A DNA stretch of 64,000 nucleotides from Octopus vulgaris (Eukaryota), in assembly GCA_951406725.2 (NCBI GenBank), contig OX597830.1:62310001-62374000 (forward strand). Reading direction: 5' to 3'. The notes beneath the pieces were generated by a model. That model was given only the letters and a program-made list of their open reading frames with translations, was not told the origin of the DNA and searched no databases. Of this stretch, positions 41,957-55,344 are shown in pieces. The position numbers and the translations under genes are program-made. The first letter of the stretch is position 1, and each line of letters opens with the position of its first letter.

Positions 41957-42188
41957 GTAAGTCTTGTAGTCTCAGATGCTTAAGTGCCGTAGAACCTGAG
42001 ATAATACTCTGTTGAATGGAAATGCCGATTCCAAATAGACCAACTGCCAAAAATCTTGTAGACCAATGATTAAGAGATTAATTTTTTTTTTCCTTTTGGT
42101 ATCGGTTCTTATTGGGGTCGATCTAATCGACTGGTCCCCTCCCCCAAAATTTCAGGCCTTGTGCCTAGAGTAGAAAAGAATATTTTAA

Positions 42189-42403
42189 GGCGGTGAGCTG
42201 GCAGAAACGTTAGCACGCCGGGTGGAATGCTTAGCGGTATTTCGTCTGCCGTTACGTTCTGAGTTCAAATTCCGCCGAGGTCGATCTTGCCTTTCATCCT
42301 TTTGGATTCGATAAATTAAGTACCGGTTGCGTACTGGAGTCGATCTAATCGACTGACACCCTCCCCCAAAATTTCGGGCCTTGTCCCTAGAGTAGAAAAG
42401 AAT
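42189..42403 (+). mobile_element. SINE family B with short-type tail, preceded by another tail copy (42113-42183)
   Basis: Family match. Confidence 0.9.
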
Positions 42404-43073
42404 ATTTGTTCTTGATATATCCTTACGCCTCCAGTATCATATAGTACGGTTGATATTGTCGACGATAGATAAAGAACACACTGTAACAGTGTTATAACAA
42501 TACAAAACAGAAACAGCGGCAGTTACAAACACGCAACGAACCAACAATATTTTACTAACCAACAATCAATATTTCCAATACACTAACTCGAACTGTAAAC
42601 TGTACCTGGACTTCGAAGACCAAACTACAAACTGCCAACTACGTCTTTTCTCGTCAGAGGGTGTCGTACTCTCGTCACAACAGCTGTATTATAATAATTT
42701 CCAATACCGATACTAGACCGTTCGTTTGTGAGAGGCAGAACTCACCGGTTATAAACTATAAACAATTTAATCGATCTCAGTATTTAACGAGTGTTGATTT
42801 TATTGACTCAGAAATAATGAAAGGCGAAGCTAGCTTGGTCGGGATATGAACTTTGAACGTAAACTAAATGATCCTAAATGCAAGAAGTGATTTTATCTGA
42901 TGCTCTACCGATCCCAGCATTAGAAGATCTCTAGCTACAAACAGCTTTTATCTTCTTTATTTGAGATGTTTTATAGTTTTGAAGTAGAAAAAGGAAGTAA
43001 TAAACAAAAAGACAAGCTTGAATTGACTTGGTGTACGAGAATCCCTTCAAAGAAACTAAAAATATTAATCGCT

Positions 43074-43507
43074 TTAACTCTTTGCCCGTCCATGTCTGAA
43101 TCGTCCATGTTTGTTTTAAGACGTTTAGCCCTTGTTTCGTACGTTCTTAGTAATGCAAAGTGTTCCGTTCATAAGTCCCGAGTTACTCAGGTGCTTGAAG
43201 CAAAAATTGAGAATCTATATCAGATGCGATGCACAAAAACCAAGGAAATATGTCCTGTGTGTATTCCATATGAGACACAGGACAAGCAAAGTATTAAGCA
43301 ACAAGGTAAGGTACATAACACTAATGTAATCTTAGATATACTACATCTATAAAAAACGGTATGGTCACGGTTGGAACACCTTTGATTATTGGTTCGTTTG
43401 GTCATGCTGCCCTTTGCCTGTCTAAAGTATTTTCATAAATTTGCACGGATACCAGGGGAATATGTCTTGTGTAATCATATGTGATACACAAGACAGGCAA
43501 AGGGTTA
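43074..43507. mobile_element. Two decayed piggyBac-type MITE copies
   Basis: Ends TTAA-CTCTTTGCCCGTCC (43074) / GGACAAGCAAAGTA-TTAA (~43297) and CCCTTTGCCTGTCT (43410) / AGACAGGCAAAGGG-TTAA (43507); shared subterminal ACCA.GG.AATATGTC.TGTG. Confidence 0.65.
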
Positions 43508-44074
43508 AAGGAAGAGAAGTTGTGGCGTTCATGTTATTTTCACGACCACAGGTCTGTGAGACGGTTGTGGCTTGTAAACACATAATGCGTACATTTACAC
43601 TGGATTCGTAAAACGGAAGAGAAGAATAAAAACACAATGCGCATGTCACATCTCACACAGCTTTGCTGTCATTTCCTTGTTCTTCAAAAGAATTTGAGCT
43701 GCAAATGAAAAGCCTTTAACAAAAAATCGAAACCAAATTATTAGTTCGATTCCTTGAAAATCTTTGTCCTTCGCTTTTAAGATTCTAAATCGAATATCCA
43801 CCTCCATTATGGAACCTTAAATGGAATGTCTATTTTTATCGTGGGGTTTTATGCTACCAGTTTGGTCTTGGGGAAAGCAAAAGAAGCGAACCTGCAGCCG
43901 GGGATTCGTATTGTTCATATTAATTTGTACTTGACCACATTGTACACCGCCAACACCATTATGGCCATTCTTAATATCACCATCTCAGAAGATTATCAAT
44001 GGAGGAATACAAAACACATGGCTGCCGCTGGTGAAGTGTAGCTGATCCAATCGGGAATCGAAACTACGCCATTT

Positions 44075-44431
44075 ACTGAATACGTGGTCTCGAGTATTCT
44101 ACTATAGAGTAGCCAATACCTCGTAGTACTGGATATTCTACAACATGCATTTGAGTATAGCATCACGTGGTATTGAATAGCGCGCCACGTGATTCTGGTT
44201 ATATCACACAATATTGAGTATGTGTCACGTGGTATTGAATATTGTATCATGTGGTATCAGGTATAATAAGTATCATTTGACATTGAGGATCATATTATAC
44301 GTTTGTACTGCTGAGCATGGTGCCATGTGACATTGCATCACGTGGTACTGAGTATGGTATCATGTGGCATTGGGCAATATATTACATTATCACCCTGTGT
44401 TGAGTGTGGTGGTGAGTATTATATGACGTCA
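44075..44431. repeat. Degenerate ~22-bp minisatellite rich in CACGTG/CATGTG
   Basis: Consensus about GTATCACGTGGTATTGAGTAT; CACGTG at 44164, 44186, 44226, 44339; TGACGTCA at 44424. Confidence 0.7.
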
Positions 44432-45492
44432 TCAGACAATTTTGGTATTTTCAATCAGAATTTTCTATAATCAATTGTCCTCTTGTCTAAAATAAACTTG
44501 AGAATTTTAATTAAAAAAATTTCGTCTGTGTTTAATTGAAAACAATATATCGATCTGCATCGGGAATAGCTGGGTCAATAACTAGGCCAAGTTGACGGTT
44601 GTAATGATTTCTTTATTAATTAAAATACTAATGACCTTCACAATGGCAAAAGGTCACACAAATAACTAGCTGGGCTGTGCCGTGGCTATGACTTGAAACT
44701 GCATCCAGCAGCGGGTCCTGGTCTGGGAGTTCTGGGGTTTGGGGGAGTATGGACCCATCCCTTAACCACAATTGCTCCCAGATCTCTGACCCGGAGAAGT
44801 AGCATTTGTCAGGGTCCTAGCTGCGTACCTATGCATATGCTGACTGGATCAGGTGGACTCCGTGGAAGAAATCTTCATGTCTCAACGGAAGGTAAAACGG
44901 CTGCATCAACGCATTGTGGAATGCAGAAAACAAAACGAGACAAGTAAGACATCTTGGTCACACACTGTATCTGTCTCAATGCTCAGTCGGCCATTTCTAT
45001 CTGTCTGGCTGTTACCATCTTCATGCCTAAACCTGTGAACCAATATTCACGACACTTTGCATACAAGTTACACTAACATCCAGTTCAGTAAATAGGCAAA
45101 TTGGATTTCAATAAAAATTTATAATGTGCCTCCCAGGGATGAAGTGTGAATTATATGATCAAATGAGAAGGTTGCAAAAGTATTAGTCGGTGGGGAAGTT
45201 AGTAGCAGAGCGAGGGTGACTTGTATCAGTGAAAGTGAGAACAGCGGTAGCAACGGGATATTAACGTTAATACAGCTGTCATATACACGCGACGCTGCAT
45301 ACATACTTTCGTAAATACATAGGTACAACACGCATATACATATACACACAAAAACAAACACACACCTAAACACACTCTCACTCACACACACACGCACACA
45401 GAGAAAGGTGGGTGTGAGGAATACGTAGCTTTAAGGAGAGAGGGTGTAGGTGGCTTTTCTACTGTCCATCTCAAAGAAATACTTACACACAG

Positions 45493-45523
<31 letters not shown>

Positions 45524-45576
45524 CATATATACATATCTACTATACACCATTTTAAACTCATGATTACCTGTGTGTA

Positions 45577-45775
45577 CTCTTTTACTCTTTTACTTGTTTC
45601 AGTCATTTGACTGCGGCCATGCTGGAGCACCGCCTTTAATCTTATTCTTTTGCAAGCCCAGTACTTATTCTATCGGTCTCTTTTGCCGAACCGCTAAGTA
45701 ACGGGGACATGAACACACCAGCATCGGTTGTCAAGCAATGCTAGGAGGACAGACACAGACACACAAACACACACA

Positions 45776-45846
<71 letters not shown>

Positions 45847-46017
45847 CATATATACGACAGGCTTCTTTCGGTTTCCGTCTACCAAATCCAATCACAAAGC
45901 TTTGGTCGGCCCGAGGCTATAGTAGAAGACACTTGCCCAAGGTGCCACGCAGTGGGACTGAACCCGGAACCATGTGGTTGGTAAACAAACTACTTACCAC
46001 ACAGCCACTCCTGCGCC
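45577..46017 (-). mobile_element. SINE family A, full length, young
   Basis: Near-consensus family match. Confidence 0.92.
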
Positions 46018-46673
46018 TATAAATTTCTGTGTGCACACGCGCGCGTGTGTCACGTCCTATGTCTGTCAGTCTCTACCGTTATAGGGTCTTCCTTGTTGCT
46101 GTCACATATTATGAGTTTTTAAAATTACGTCAAAATTTTCAAATTTGGTATATTGAAATAATTTTCCACATTAAATCCGATTTTGTTATTTATTTGTTCC
46201 TAACATCCAGTTGAATTATAGGCGAATTGGATTTCAATAAAAATCTTTATTGGGCTCCCTAGGGAGGGATCTGTAGCACGTTTACAAATCAGCTACGATA
46301 AGCTAGGACACGTGACAACCCCAGCTGCAATACGCGGACTACTTGTCAATGCATTTGTAAATCTATCTATTTATCTAATTTATTTTACTTGGATGCATAT
46401 TCGTTTGTTAAAATAATATAGAGACATTCCTTTTTTCACCCACTAATCGTATTAATATTTTGTAATACCTATTTCTAGCAATAAACATTTACCATAAAGG
46501 TTAATAAAATATTTAATGGCTTAATTGCACCTAACTGATTCCAAAGTTTATATATCGACATAGGATTGGGGATAGGAATGAGAGAGAAACTAAAACGGGA
46601 AAGGACATGAAACAATGTAATGGGAACTGAAAATAACACCCGCTTTTACGGGTATTACCGGGCAATTCAGATA

Positions 46674-46756
<83 letters not shown>

Positions 46757-46953
46757 CGTTGAATGCTCGAAATGAGGAGTAGATTGGCAATCGACAACTG
46801 ATGAAAGGTCGTTCTCTATGTTTACTTGTCCCGTTTTTCCATTTCTTTTCTCTCGTTGTGCGTATTTAACTCGTTTGCTTTCGTACTTCATGTTGTTTAC
46901 GTAGTTGGTGAGGTCCTGTACCTCATGCATACATGCATGCATGCATACATGCA

Positions 46954-47106
<153 letters not shown>

Positions 47107-47159
47107 ATCAGATGAATATGGTATTTAAGTTGAGGCAAGGTGATAAAAATCAAAATAAC

Positions 47160-47341
47160 CAACAAAGATATCCAGAGGTAATGTAGTACGATCGTTTCAT
47201 GCAACTCCATTTAATTGAACAATGCAAACATTACATCAATTTAAAATTGGTCTACATTTTAGATTGATGTAATGATTGCATTGTTCAATTAAATGGAGTT
47301 GTATGAAACGATCGTACTGCATCACCTCTGGATATCCTTGT

Positions 47342-47343
<2 letters not shown>
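47160..47343. repeat. ~184-bp near-perfect palindrome (~88-bp arms, 8-nt loop)
   Basis: 47160-47247 is the reverse complement of 47256-47343 with about 6 mismatches. Confidence 0.92.
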
Positions 47344-47386
<43 letters not shown>

Positions 47387-47389
47387 ATG

Positions 47390-47421
<32 letters not shown>

Positions 47422-47479
47422 TGTATGTATGTATGTATGTATGTATGTATGTATATCTGTGTTTGTGTGTCTTCTTTTT

Positions 47480-47768
47480 CTTTTTCAATGGAGTATAAAT
47501 TTGGACAGACCATCTACTTGGTAGCAATGTTGAGAAGGAAAGCGTCTTGTATGGTTCACCATCCTTTAAATCTTAGGAAAATCTTGCAGGTTTTTATAGT
47601 CCCAGATATCATGATCGTATGTAGTGTATCAATTAAGGATTTGCGTTCTCTCTCCAGGATCCCAAGTTCAGCCATACTTTGCTCCAGACTGGTCGGTATT
47701 AATCCTGTTGCTCCAATAACAATAAATATTTAATTGAAAGTCTATCTTAGATGCTGGATTTGCAAACT
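47480..47768 (-). mobile_element. RLE-type (R4/Dong-like) LINE C-terminus and 3' UTR, decayed
   Basis: Manual translation SLQIQHLR*TFN*IFIVIGATGLIPTSLEQSMAELG...ISGTIKTCKIFLRFKGW* (stop 47556-47558). Confidence 0.75.
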
Positions 47769-47831
47769 CCTAATCAATTCTATGTATGTCATTATTCAGT
47801 TTTATTTCAAGATTTGTTGCCAATAGAGAAA

Positions 47832-48069
47832 GGCGGCGAGCTGGCAGAATCGTTAGCACGCCGGGCGAAGTGCGTAACCGTATTTCGTCTGCCGTTACGT
47901 TCTGAGTTCAAATTCCGCGGAGGTCGACTTTGCTTTTCATCCTTTCGGGGTCGATAAATTAAGTACCAGTTACGCACTGGGGTCGATGTAATCGATTTAA
48001 TCCGTTTGTCTGTCCTTGTTTGTCCCCTCTGTGTTTAGCCCCTTGTGGGCAGTAAGGAAATAAAAAAAA
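47832..48069 (+). mobile_element. SINE family B, full length
   Basis: TSD AATAGAGAAA(G) at 47822-47832 and 48070-48080. Confidence 0.92.
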
Positions 48070-48851
48070 AATAGAGAAAGAGCAAGTTATAACCTAGATC
48101 CAGGTCCCCTTTCATTGAACTTTCAACATCAACAACAGGGTACTTTTGTATATATGTATATGTGCAGATTTGTGTATTTTGTTTTATGTATGTATTCTCG
48201 TGCACAGAATTACGTGTCTAAACATTCTCATATATACTTAAATGACAAACTTCTGGAAAGTTTTACAGATTTTTACAGTTCCAGTGATGTACGTATGCAT
48301 ACATGCATGCATGTATATTAACTATTAACATTAATTACGTCTCCCCCTCCCCCACCTCTACAACTACTAATTATGTACCACCACCACCACCACCCTTCGC
48401 CGTCGCCAGCACCACAACTAATTAAGTTCCATCGGCGCCAACGTTACATCTCCACCAGCACCACCATCACACCACCACCATCGCCGCCGCCACTAGCACC
48501 ACCACCACCACTACTAAATTATTATGTACTTTTTACCGTTAGTATCACTACTAACAGTGAAGCACTTTGTCTGGCCTTTCCCCTTCCATTCGTGGCCATC
48601 ACCCTTGGCACGCAGGCCCTCAAATAATACTAACTAGACCGATAGTTCCAACGGCCTCTTATGTAACTGACATGTTTGTTTGGCAAAGAATGTGATGTTT
48701 ACCTTCAGCACAACAACAACAACAACAACACCAATAACAACAGCAACAACAACAACAGCAGCAGTATGGAGCAGCGAAATGAACAACAAGCTACTATCAA
48801 CAACAGCAGCTGGCTTGTGATGTTAATGTTGATATCTCACGCATAACTAAC

Positions 48852-49006
48852 GATGACTATGATGATGATGACGACGATGGTGGTGGTGGTGGTGGTGGTG
48901 GTGGTGGTGGTGGTGGTGGTGGTGGTGGTGGTGGTGGTGGTGGTGGTGATGATGATGATGATGATGATGACGATGATGATGAAGATGATGGTGGTGGTGA
49001 TGGTGG

Positions 49007-49053
<47 letters not shown>

Positions 49054-49143
49054 GTGGTGGTGATGGTGGTGATGATGATGATGATGATGATGATGATGAC
49101 GATGGTGGTGGTGGTGGTAGTGATGATGATGATGATGATGATG
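48852..49143. repeat. (GGT)n/(GAT)n compound microsatellite
   Basis: Directly visible. Confidence 0.95.
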
Positions 49144-49253
49144 GAGGGAGGGAGGGAGGGAGGGAGGAGTGAGGCAGTGCCAGAAGCGGGGCCGGTATAG
49201 GTGGTGATGGACATTCCGCGAAACCAAAATATGACTGCAGTCACCGTTGGTAA

Positions 49254-49288
<35 letters not shown>

Positions 49289-49633
49289 AGGAAGGAAGGA
49301 AGGAAGAAAGAAGAGGAGGAGGAGGAGGTGGAGACAGAAGACGAAGAAGAAAAACGAAAAGAATAAGTAAAAGAAAGAATCCTTGGGCTAAAAATATCTC
49401 TTGGCAACTTCGTCGTTTTATTCTTGTAAATTCACAACAAGGTAGATTGTTGGATTTAAGTTTTTTTTCCTTCCTTCTCAAGGCCGTTCGCCAATGTTTT
49501 GCTAGTTTACTTACCTATAAACATTAAATATATATGTGTGTGTGTGTATATATATATATACACACACATATACATACATACATATATATATATATACATA
49601 TAAGTGTATACGTACATACATACATACCATACA

Positions 49634-49719
<86 letters not shown>

Positions 49720-49739
49720 TTATACGTACACAGATACAT

Positions 49740-49792
<53 letters not shown>

Positions 49793-49827
49793 TACAAACA
49801 TATATATATAAGTATATACGTACACAT

Positions 49828-49858
<31 letters not shown>

Positions 49859-49882
49859 CAAATCTATATTTAGACATATTTC

Positions 49883-49955
<73 letters not shown>

Positions 49956-50217
49956 GAAAAACAATTATGTTTCATTAAAGTGTTTTTAGTCCGTTGCGGA
50001 AAAAAAATCAAAAAAACCTCGTGATGAAAGCAGAATTTCTCTCACAACATCCAAAGAAAATGTGTTGAGTAATCTCCTAACTGGAACAGCGTCAAATGAA
50101 ATGATTTTATTCAAAAAGACAGCGCACTGCGTGGTCCGGGAATCGAAACAAGGATCTTATAACCGTGGGTACAGTACACAAAACACTAGGCTTTCGTTTC
50201 TTAATATTAAGAATTAA

Positions 50218-50548
50218 AGACTTTAAAGACTCCGCCGGTTACGACGACGAGGGTCCCAGCTGATACGATCAACGGAACAGCTTGCTCGTGAAATTAACGT
50301 GCAAATGGCTGAGCATTCCACAGACACGTGTACCCTTAACGTAGTTCTCGGGGATAATCAGCGTGACACAGAGAGTGACAAGGCTGACCCTTTGAAATAC
50401 AAGTACAACTCATTTTTGCCAGCTGAGTGGACTGGAGCAACGTGAAATAAAGTGTCTTGCTCAAGGACACAACGCGTCGCCGGGAATCGAACTCACAACC
50501 TTACGATCATGAGCCGAATGCCCTAACCACTAAGCCACGCGCCCTCAC
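50218..50548 (-). mobile_element. SINE head H1 with tail T2, young
   Basis: 15-bp TSD AATATTAAGAATTAA at 50203-50217 and 50549-50563. Confidence 0.92.
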
Positions 50549-50611
50549 AATATTAAGAATTAAGGCTAAATCAACCGCTATGGAAGTCGATTCTCTATAT
50601 TAAGTTCATCA

Positions 50612-50844
50612 AAGGCGGCGAGCTGGCAGAATCGTTAGCATGCCGGGCGAAATGTGTAGCCGTATTTCGTCTGCCGTTACGTTCTGGGTTCAAATTCCGC
50701 CGAGGTCGACTTTGCCTTTCATTCTTTCTTGGTCGATAAATTAAGTACCAGTTACGTACTTGGGTCCATATAATCGACTTAATCCGTTTGTCTGTCCTTG
50801 TTTGTCCTCTCTATGTTTAGCCCCTTGTGGGTAGTAAAGAAATA
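50612..50844 (+). mobile_element. SINE family B, full length
   Basis: 16-bp TSD TATATTAAGTTCATCA at 50596-50611 and 50845-50860. Confidence 0.92.
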
Positions 50845-50891
50845 TATATTAAGTTCATCATTATCTTTCTTTTAAATGTATTCTTCATTAG

Positions 50892-51385
50892 CGAAGGCGC
50901 ACGGCTCCGTAGTTAAACTCATGAGGTAGTAAGTTCGATTCCTGAACGGGGCTGTGTGCTGCGTTCTTGAGCAAGACACTTTATTTCACGTTGCTCCAGT
51001 TCACTCGGCTATAGAAGTGAGTTGTGACGTCACTGATGCCAAGCTGTATCAGCCTTTGCTTTTCCCTTAGGTAACATAGGTGGTGTGGAGAGTGGAGGCT
51101 GGCATGCATGGGCGACTGATGGTCTTCCATAAACAACCTTGCCCGAACTTGTGTCTCGGAGGGTAACTTTCTAGGTGTAATCCCAAAGGAGGTCTTTACC
51201 CTTTACCCTATTTACATATATTGGTACCAAGCTGTATCGGCCTTTGCCTTACCCTTGGACAACATCGGTGGCATGGAGAGAGGACGGTGGTATGCATGGG
51301 CGACTGCTGGTCTTCCATAAACAACCTTGCTCGGACTTTTGCATCGGAGGGGAACTTTCTAGGTGCAATCCCATAGAGGTTGCTT
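50892..51385 (+). mobile_element. SINE H1-T3 plus a second T3 tail
   Basis: Family match; tail repeated at 51222-51385. Confidence 0.85.
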
Positions 51386-51597
51386 TATTTTACTATTCTT
51401 CTTCATCATCAGATTCGTATTTACCATCGCGTAGAACACTTACAGTCCCACCTGAGTTGGTGGACTCTGCCGGTGGCCTTCCTCTCATTGACTGAATTCA
51501 AAAGTGGGTTTAAAATATTGCTTGTCCTGTTTTGGCAGCTGAACTTCAGTGCCTCTCATCACAAGGGTTTCCCTGCTTTTAATCTCTATTCTATGTT

Positions 51598-51882
51598 AAG
51601 GCACGTGGCCTAGTGGTTAGAGCAACGGACTCGCGGTCGACGGATCGCGGGTTCAAATCTCAGACCGGGCGATGTGTGTGTTTATGAGCGAAACACTTAA
51701 GCTTCGCGCGGCTCCGGCAGAAGGTAATGGCGAACTTCTGCTGACTTTCTCTCACTCTTTCCTCCTGCATCTTGCAGCTCACCTGCGACGGACCGGCGTC
51801 CCGTCCAGGTGGGGAACCTATACGCCAAGGAAACCGGGAAACAGGCCCTTATGAGCCAGGCATGGCTTGAGAAGAAACAAAC
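51598..51882 (+). mobile_element. SINE H2-type head with tail T1
   Basis: GGACTCGCGGTCG..AAACACTTAAGCT body; GGACCGGCGTCCCGTCCAGG tail. Confidence 0.85.
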
Positions 51883-52019
51883 CATCTCTATTCGGTGACC
51901 GTTGTTCCGCTAAACTCTCTTCTCTTAGCGTTACTTATTAAGTGATTCACCTTCCTGTTTAATTCTCATTCATTCATTGCAATTGTCCCTCTTCTTGTTT
52001 TTGTGACAAATGTCTCTCG

Positions 52020-52189
52020 TCTTTTACTTGTTTCAGTCATTAGACGGTGGCCATGCTGGGGCACCACACTGAAGAACTTTTAGTCGCGCGAACCGACCCC
52101 CAGTACTCGTTTTTAATTTTTAACCTGGTACTTATACTATCGATCGAGCAGTGCTGGAGGACACAAACACACACACACACACATGTGTA

Positions 52190-52233
<44 letters not shown>

Positions 52234-52660
52234 TGTGTGTGTGTGTGTGTGTGTGTGCATACGAAGGGGTTCTTTCAGTTTCCTATTTCTTTATTGCCCA
52301 CAAGGGGCTAAACATAGAGGGGACAAACAAGGAGAGACAAAGGGATTAAGTCGATTACATCGACCCAAGAAAGGATGAAAGGCAAAGTCGAGCTCGGTGG
52401 AATTTGAACTCAGAACGTAACGGCAGATGAAATACCGACAAGCATTTCGCCCGGCGCGTTAACATTTGTGCCAGCTCTCCGCCTTGCCTGCGAGCTGGCA
52501 GAGACTGAAAGGGGTTCTTTCAGTTTCCGTCGACCAAATCCACTGACAAGACTTTGGTCGGCTTGAGGCTATAGTAGAAGACACCTGCCCAAGGTGCCAC
52601 TCAGTGGGACTGAACCCGGAACCAAGTGGTAGGGAAGCAAACTTCTTACCACACAGCCAC
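52020..52660 (-). mobile_element. SINE family A interrupted by a family B copy (52284-52508)
   Basis: 20-bp TSD AAGGGGTTCTTTCAGTTTCC at 52264-52283 and 52509-52528; short inverted head CGAGCTGGCAGA at 52491-52502. Confidence 0.88.
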
Positions 52661-52693
52661 ACAGCTTAAATTATTCTAAATCTTGGCTTAATT

Positions 52694-52925
52694 AGGCGGC
52701 GAGCTGGCAGAAACGTTAGCACGCCGGGCGAAATGCTTAGCGGTATTTCGTCTGCCGTTACGTTCTGGGTTCAAATTCCGCCAAGGTCGACTTTGCCTTT
52801 CATTCTTTCGGGGTCGATAAATTAAGTACCAGTTACGCACTGGGGTCAATGTAATCGACTTAATCCGTTTGTCTGTCCTTGTTTGTACCCTCTGTGTTTA
52901 GCCCCTTGTGGGTAGTAAAGAAATA
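52694..52925 (+). mobile_element. SINE family B, full length
   Basis: 20-bp TSD TATTCTAAATCTTGGCTTAA at 52672-52691 and 53325-53344, enclosing the Helitron too. Confidence 0.92.
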
Positions 52926-53322
52926 TCTTTATATATAAAAGTCAAGTTGTGTGTCTGTCTCCTACGATTTAGATTCCTAACTACTCCCACATTTTGCGGT
53001 GCAGTTTAACCCAAACGGGGTATCTTATAGTCGTGATTCATATCGAGCCCTTCTGGGTATTAGCGCGCGTCTACGATGAGTCTACGATTTAAAACAAAAT
53101 TTACCATCATTTTTTTCCATTTTAATGCATTTTTTCGCTATTATATAAGGGAAGTAACTCTCTAAAAATGTCTACGATGAGTCAACGATTTTAAAAAATT
53201 TACCATCATTTTTTTTCCATTTTTTAATGCATTTTTTTGCTATTTTTTGGCTATAACTCTCTTAAAATGCTTATATTGTTATTTCCCTTACAAACCCGAG
53301 CAACGCCGGGCGATACTGCTAG
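52926..53322 (+). mobile_element. Non-autonomous Helitron
   Basis: A|TC start, CCCG(agcaacgc)CGGG hairpin, CTAG|T end; internal ~90-bp duplication. Confidence 0.85.
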
Positions 53323-53826
53323 TATATTCTAAATCTTGGCTTAAATACTTTAAAGTTTTTAGAAAGAGCTTTTCATAAGCCCTTTAGCTTTCAAATTACT
53401 ATGTCAAATGTTTATTCACATTGTTTATGAGCAAGCAGATTGCAAGCAGATTTATGAGCAAGCAGATTACCAACAATGATTATTTGTAACTTTGTGAATT
53501 CTTTCACACACTGACATGAAATTTTGTCAGTAGGTGTTTAAATACCGATGATTTACAATCATCATTTAATGTACACAGTATTTAATATACGGGCTACAAA
53601 TAGTTTCTTGTCACAGAGACACTGACATTAGACAGATTTATATTAACTGTTTCGTATCTCCAAGCAATCTTCTATTCACTATGTTGTATTTTCAACAGAA
53701 TCAAGAAATATGTATTCGTGTTGTTCTGTTTATTTTTTTGCATTTATTTCATAATGCTTAATGAAATAGTTTCCTAAGTTTGAAGGGTGCCTACCTAAAT
53801 CCTAACATCTTTTCTCTTTCTCACAG

Positions 53827-54158
53827 CAAAGAAATATCTCAAAAAAGGCTTGTCAATCCCCTTCGTGGTCTCAGACCGTGTTGCTCTAATATTTTGAATA
53901 ACGTTCTGAAGGACTTCATGTCTTTTGCTATCAAATTACTCTTTCTTGTCGCGGACATTCAGGAACCCCCGAATTTGTCCGACAAATCTGATTCATCCGA
54001 AGATAGGTCACTGTTATTTTTTTTCTCAAAAAACTCAGTCTCCGCTTCAAATATTGAAAAAAAAAATCGAATTTAAGTGTAAATGGTTTTATCACACATT
54101 ATCTTGCTTCGAAATTTCGATGCTATAACTGTTTATTTTTAGAAAATTATGGGGGAAG
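53827..54158 (+). other. Candidate exon: 5' UTR plus translation start (ATG 54149; M-G-E, phase-1 donor)
   Basis: Branch CCTAAC + TCTTTTCTCTTTCTCACAG| acceptor; AAAATTATGG start context; GAAG|GTATGA donor. Confidence 0.45.
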
Positions 54159-54184
54159 GTATGAGATCGAAAGTAGCTAGTATA

Positions 54185-54417
54185 TATTTCTTTACTACCC
54201 ACAAGGGGCTAAACATAGAGGGGACAAACAAGGACAGACAAACGGATTAAGCCGATTACATCGACCCCAGTGCGAAACTGGTACTTTATTTATCGACCCC
54301 GAAAGGATGAAAGGCAAGGTCGACCTCGGCGGGATTTGAACTCAGAACGTAACGACAGACGAAATACCGCAAAGCATTTCGCCCGGCATGCTAACGTTTC
54401 TGCCAGCTCGCCGCCTT
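54185..54417 (-). mobile_element. SINE family B, full length
   Basis: TSD TAGTATATA at 54178-54186 and 54418-54426. Confidence 0.9.
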
Positions 54418-54847
54418 TAGTATATAACTCCTAGGAAATGAATTGAGTACCCTTTTTTGTCGCTTGTCCACTCACTCGTGTGTGTGAGTGTGTGTGTGTG
54501 TGTGTGTGTAGGAGCAGGCTTCCCCACGATGGGAACCATCGGAACACATAGAGCATTGGTTTCAAATTTTGGCACAAAGCCAGCAACTTCGACGAAGGAG
54601 TTAACTCGATTACATCGACTCCAGTGATCAACTGGGACTTGTTTTATCGACCACAAGAGAATGAAAAACGAAGTCTACCTCGGTGATATTTGAACACAGA
54701 GCATAAAGACGGTCGAAATGCCGCTTTTTGCCTGGCGTGCGAACGATCCTTCCAACTCGTCACCTTAAACAAGTCAAATATTTGGGCCAGATATGGCCGG
54801 TGTTTTCATTACCTTCTCTTTTGTATCTCTCAAACTACGTGGTTGCT

Positions 54848-54890
<43 letters not shown>

Positions 54891-55311
54891 GACGGGCTTT
54901 TTTCAGTTTCCGTCTACCAAATTCACTCACAAGGCTTTGACCAGCCCGAGGCTATAGTAGAAGACATTTGCCAAAGGTGCCACATAGTGGGACTGAACCC
55001 GGAACCATGTGGTTGGTAAACAAGCTACTTACCACACATCCACACACACACACACGCGCGTGTGTGTGTGTGTATTACATGAGATCTCTTCAAATGAATA
55101 TTTCATTTTTAAAATCTTTTCTATTCGCAAGACATTTTCCTTCAGCACAAACCCTCCGCCACCCCCCACACATACACCCCTATCTCTTAAAAGTCTTGAA
55201 ATTAAATAAGAATTTATTCTATGGGTTCATATATAAATACCCATTTTTAACCATTACATGGACACACCGTTAGGTTGAGTGTTAAACTATGTTTGACACT
55301 AATGTTTGTTA

Positions 55312-55344
<33 letters not shown>

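Noticed and set aside
50922-50940. let-7-like TGAGGTAGTA
   Set aside because: It lies within a SINE head; the rest does not match and there is no hairpin
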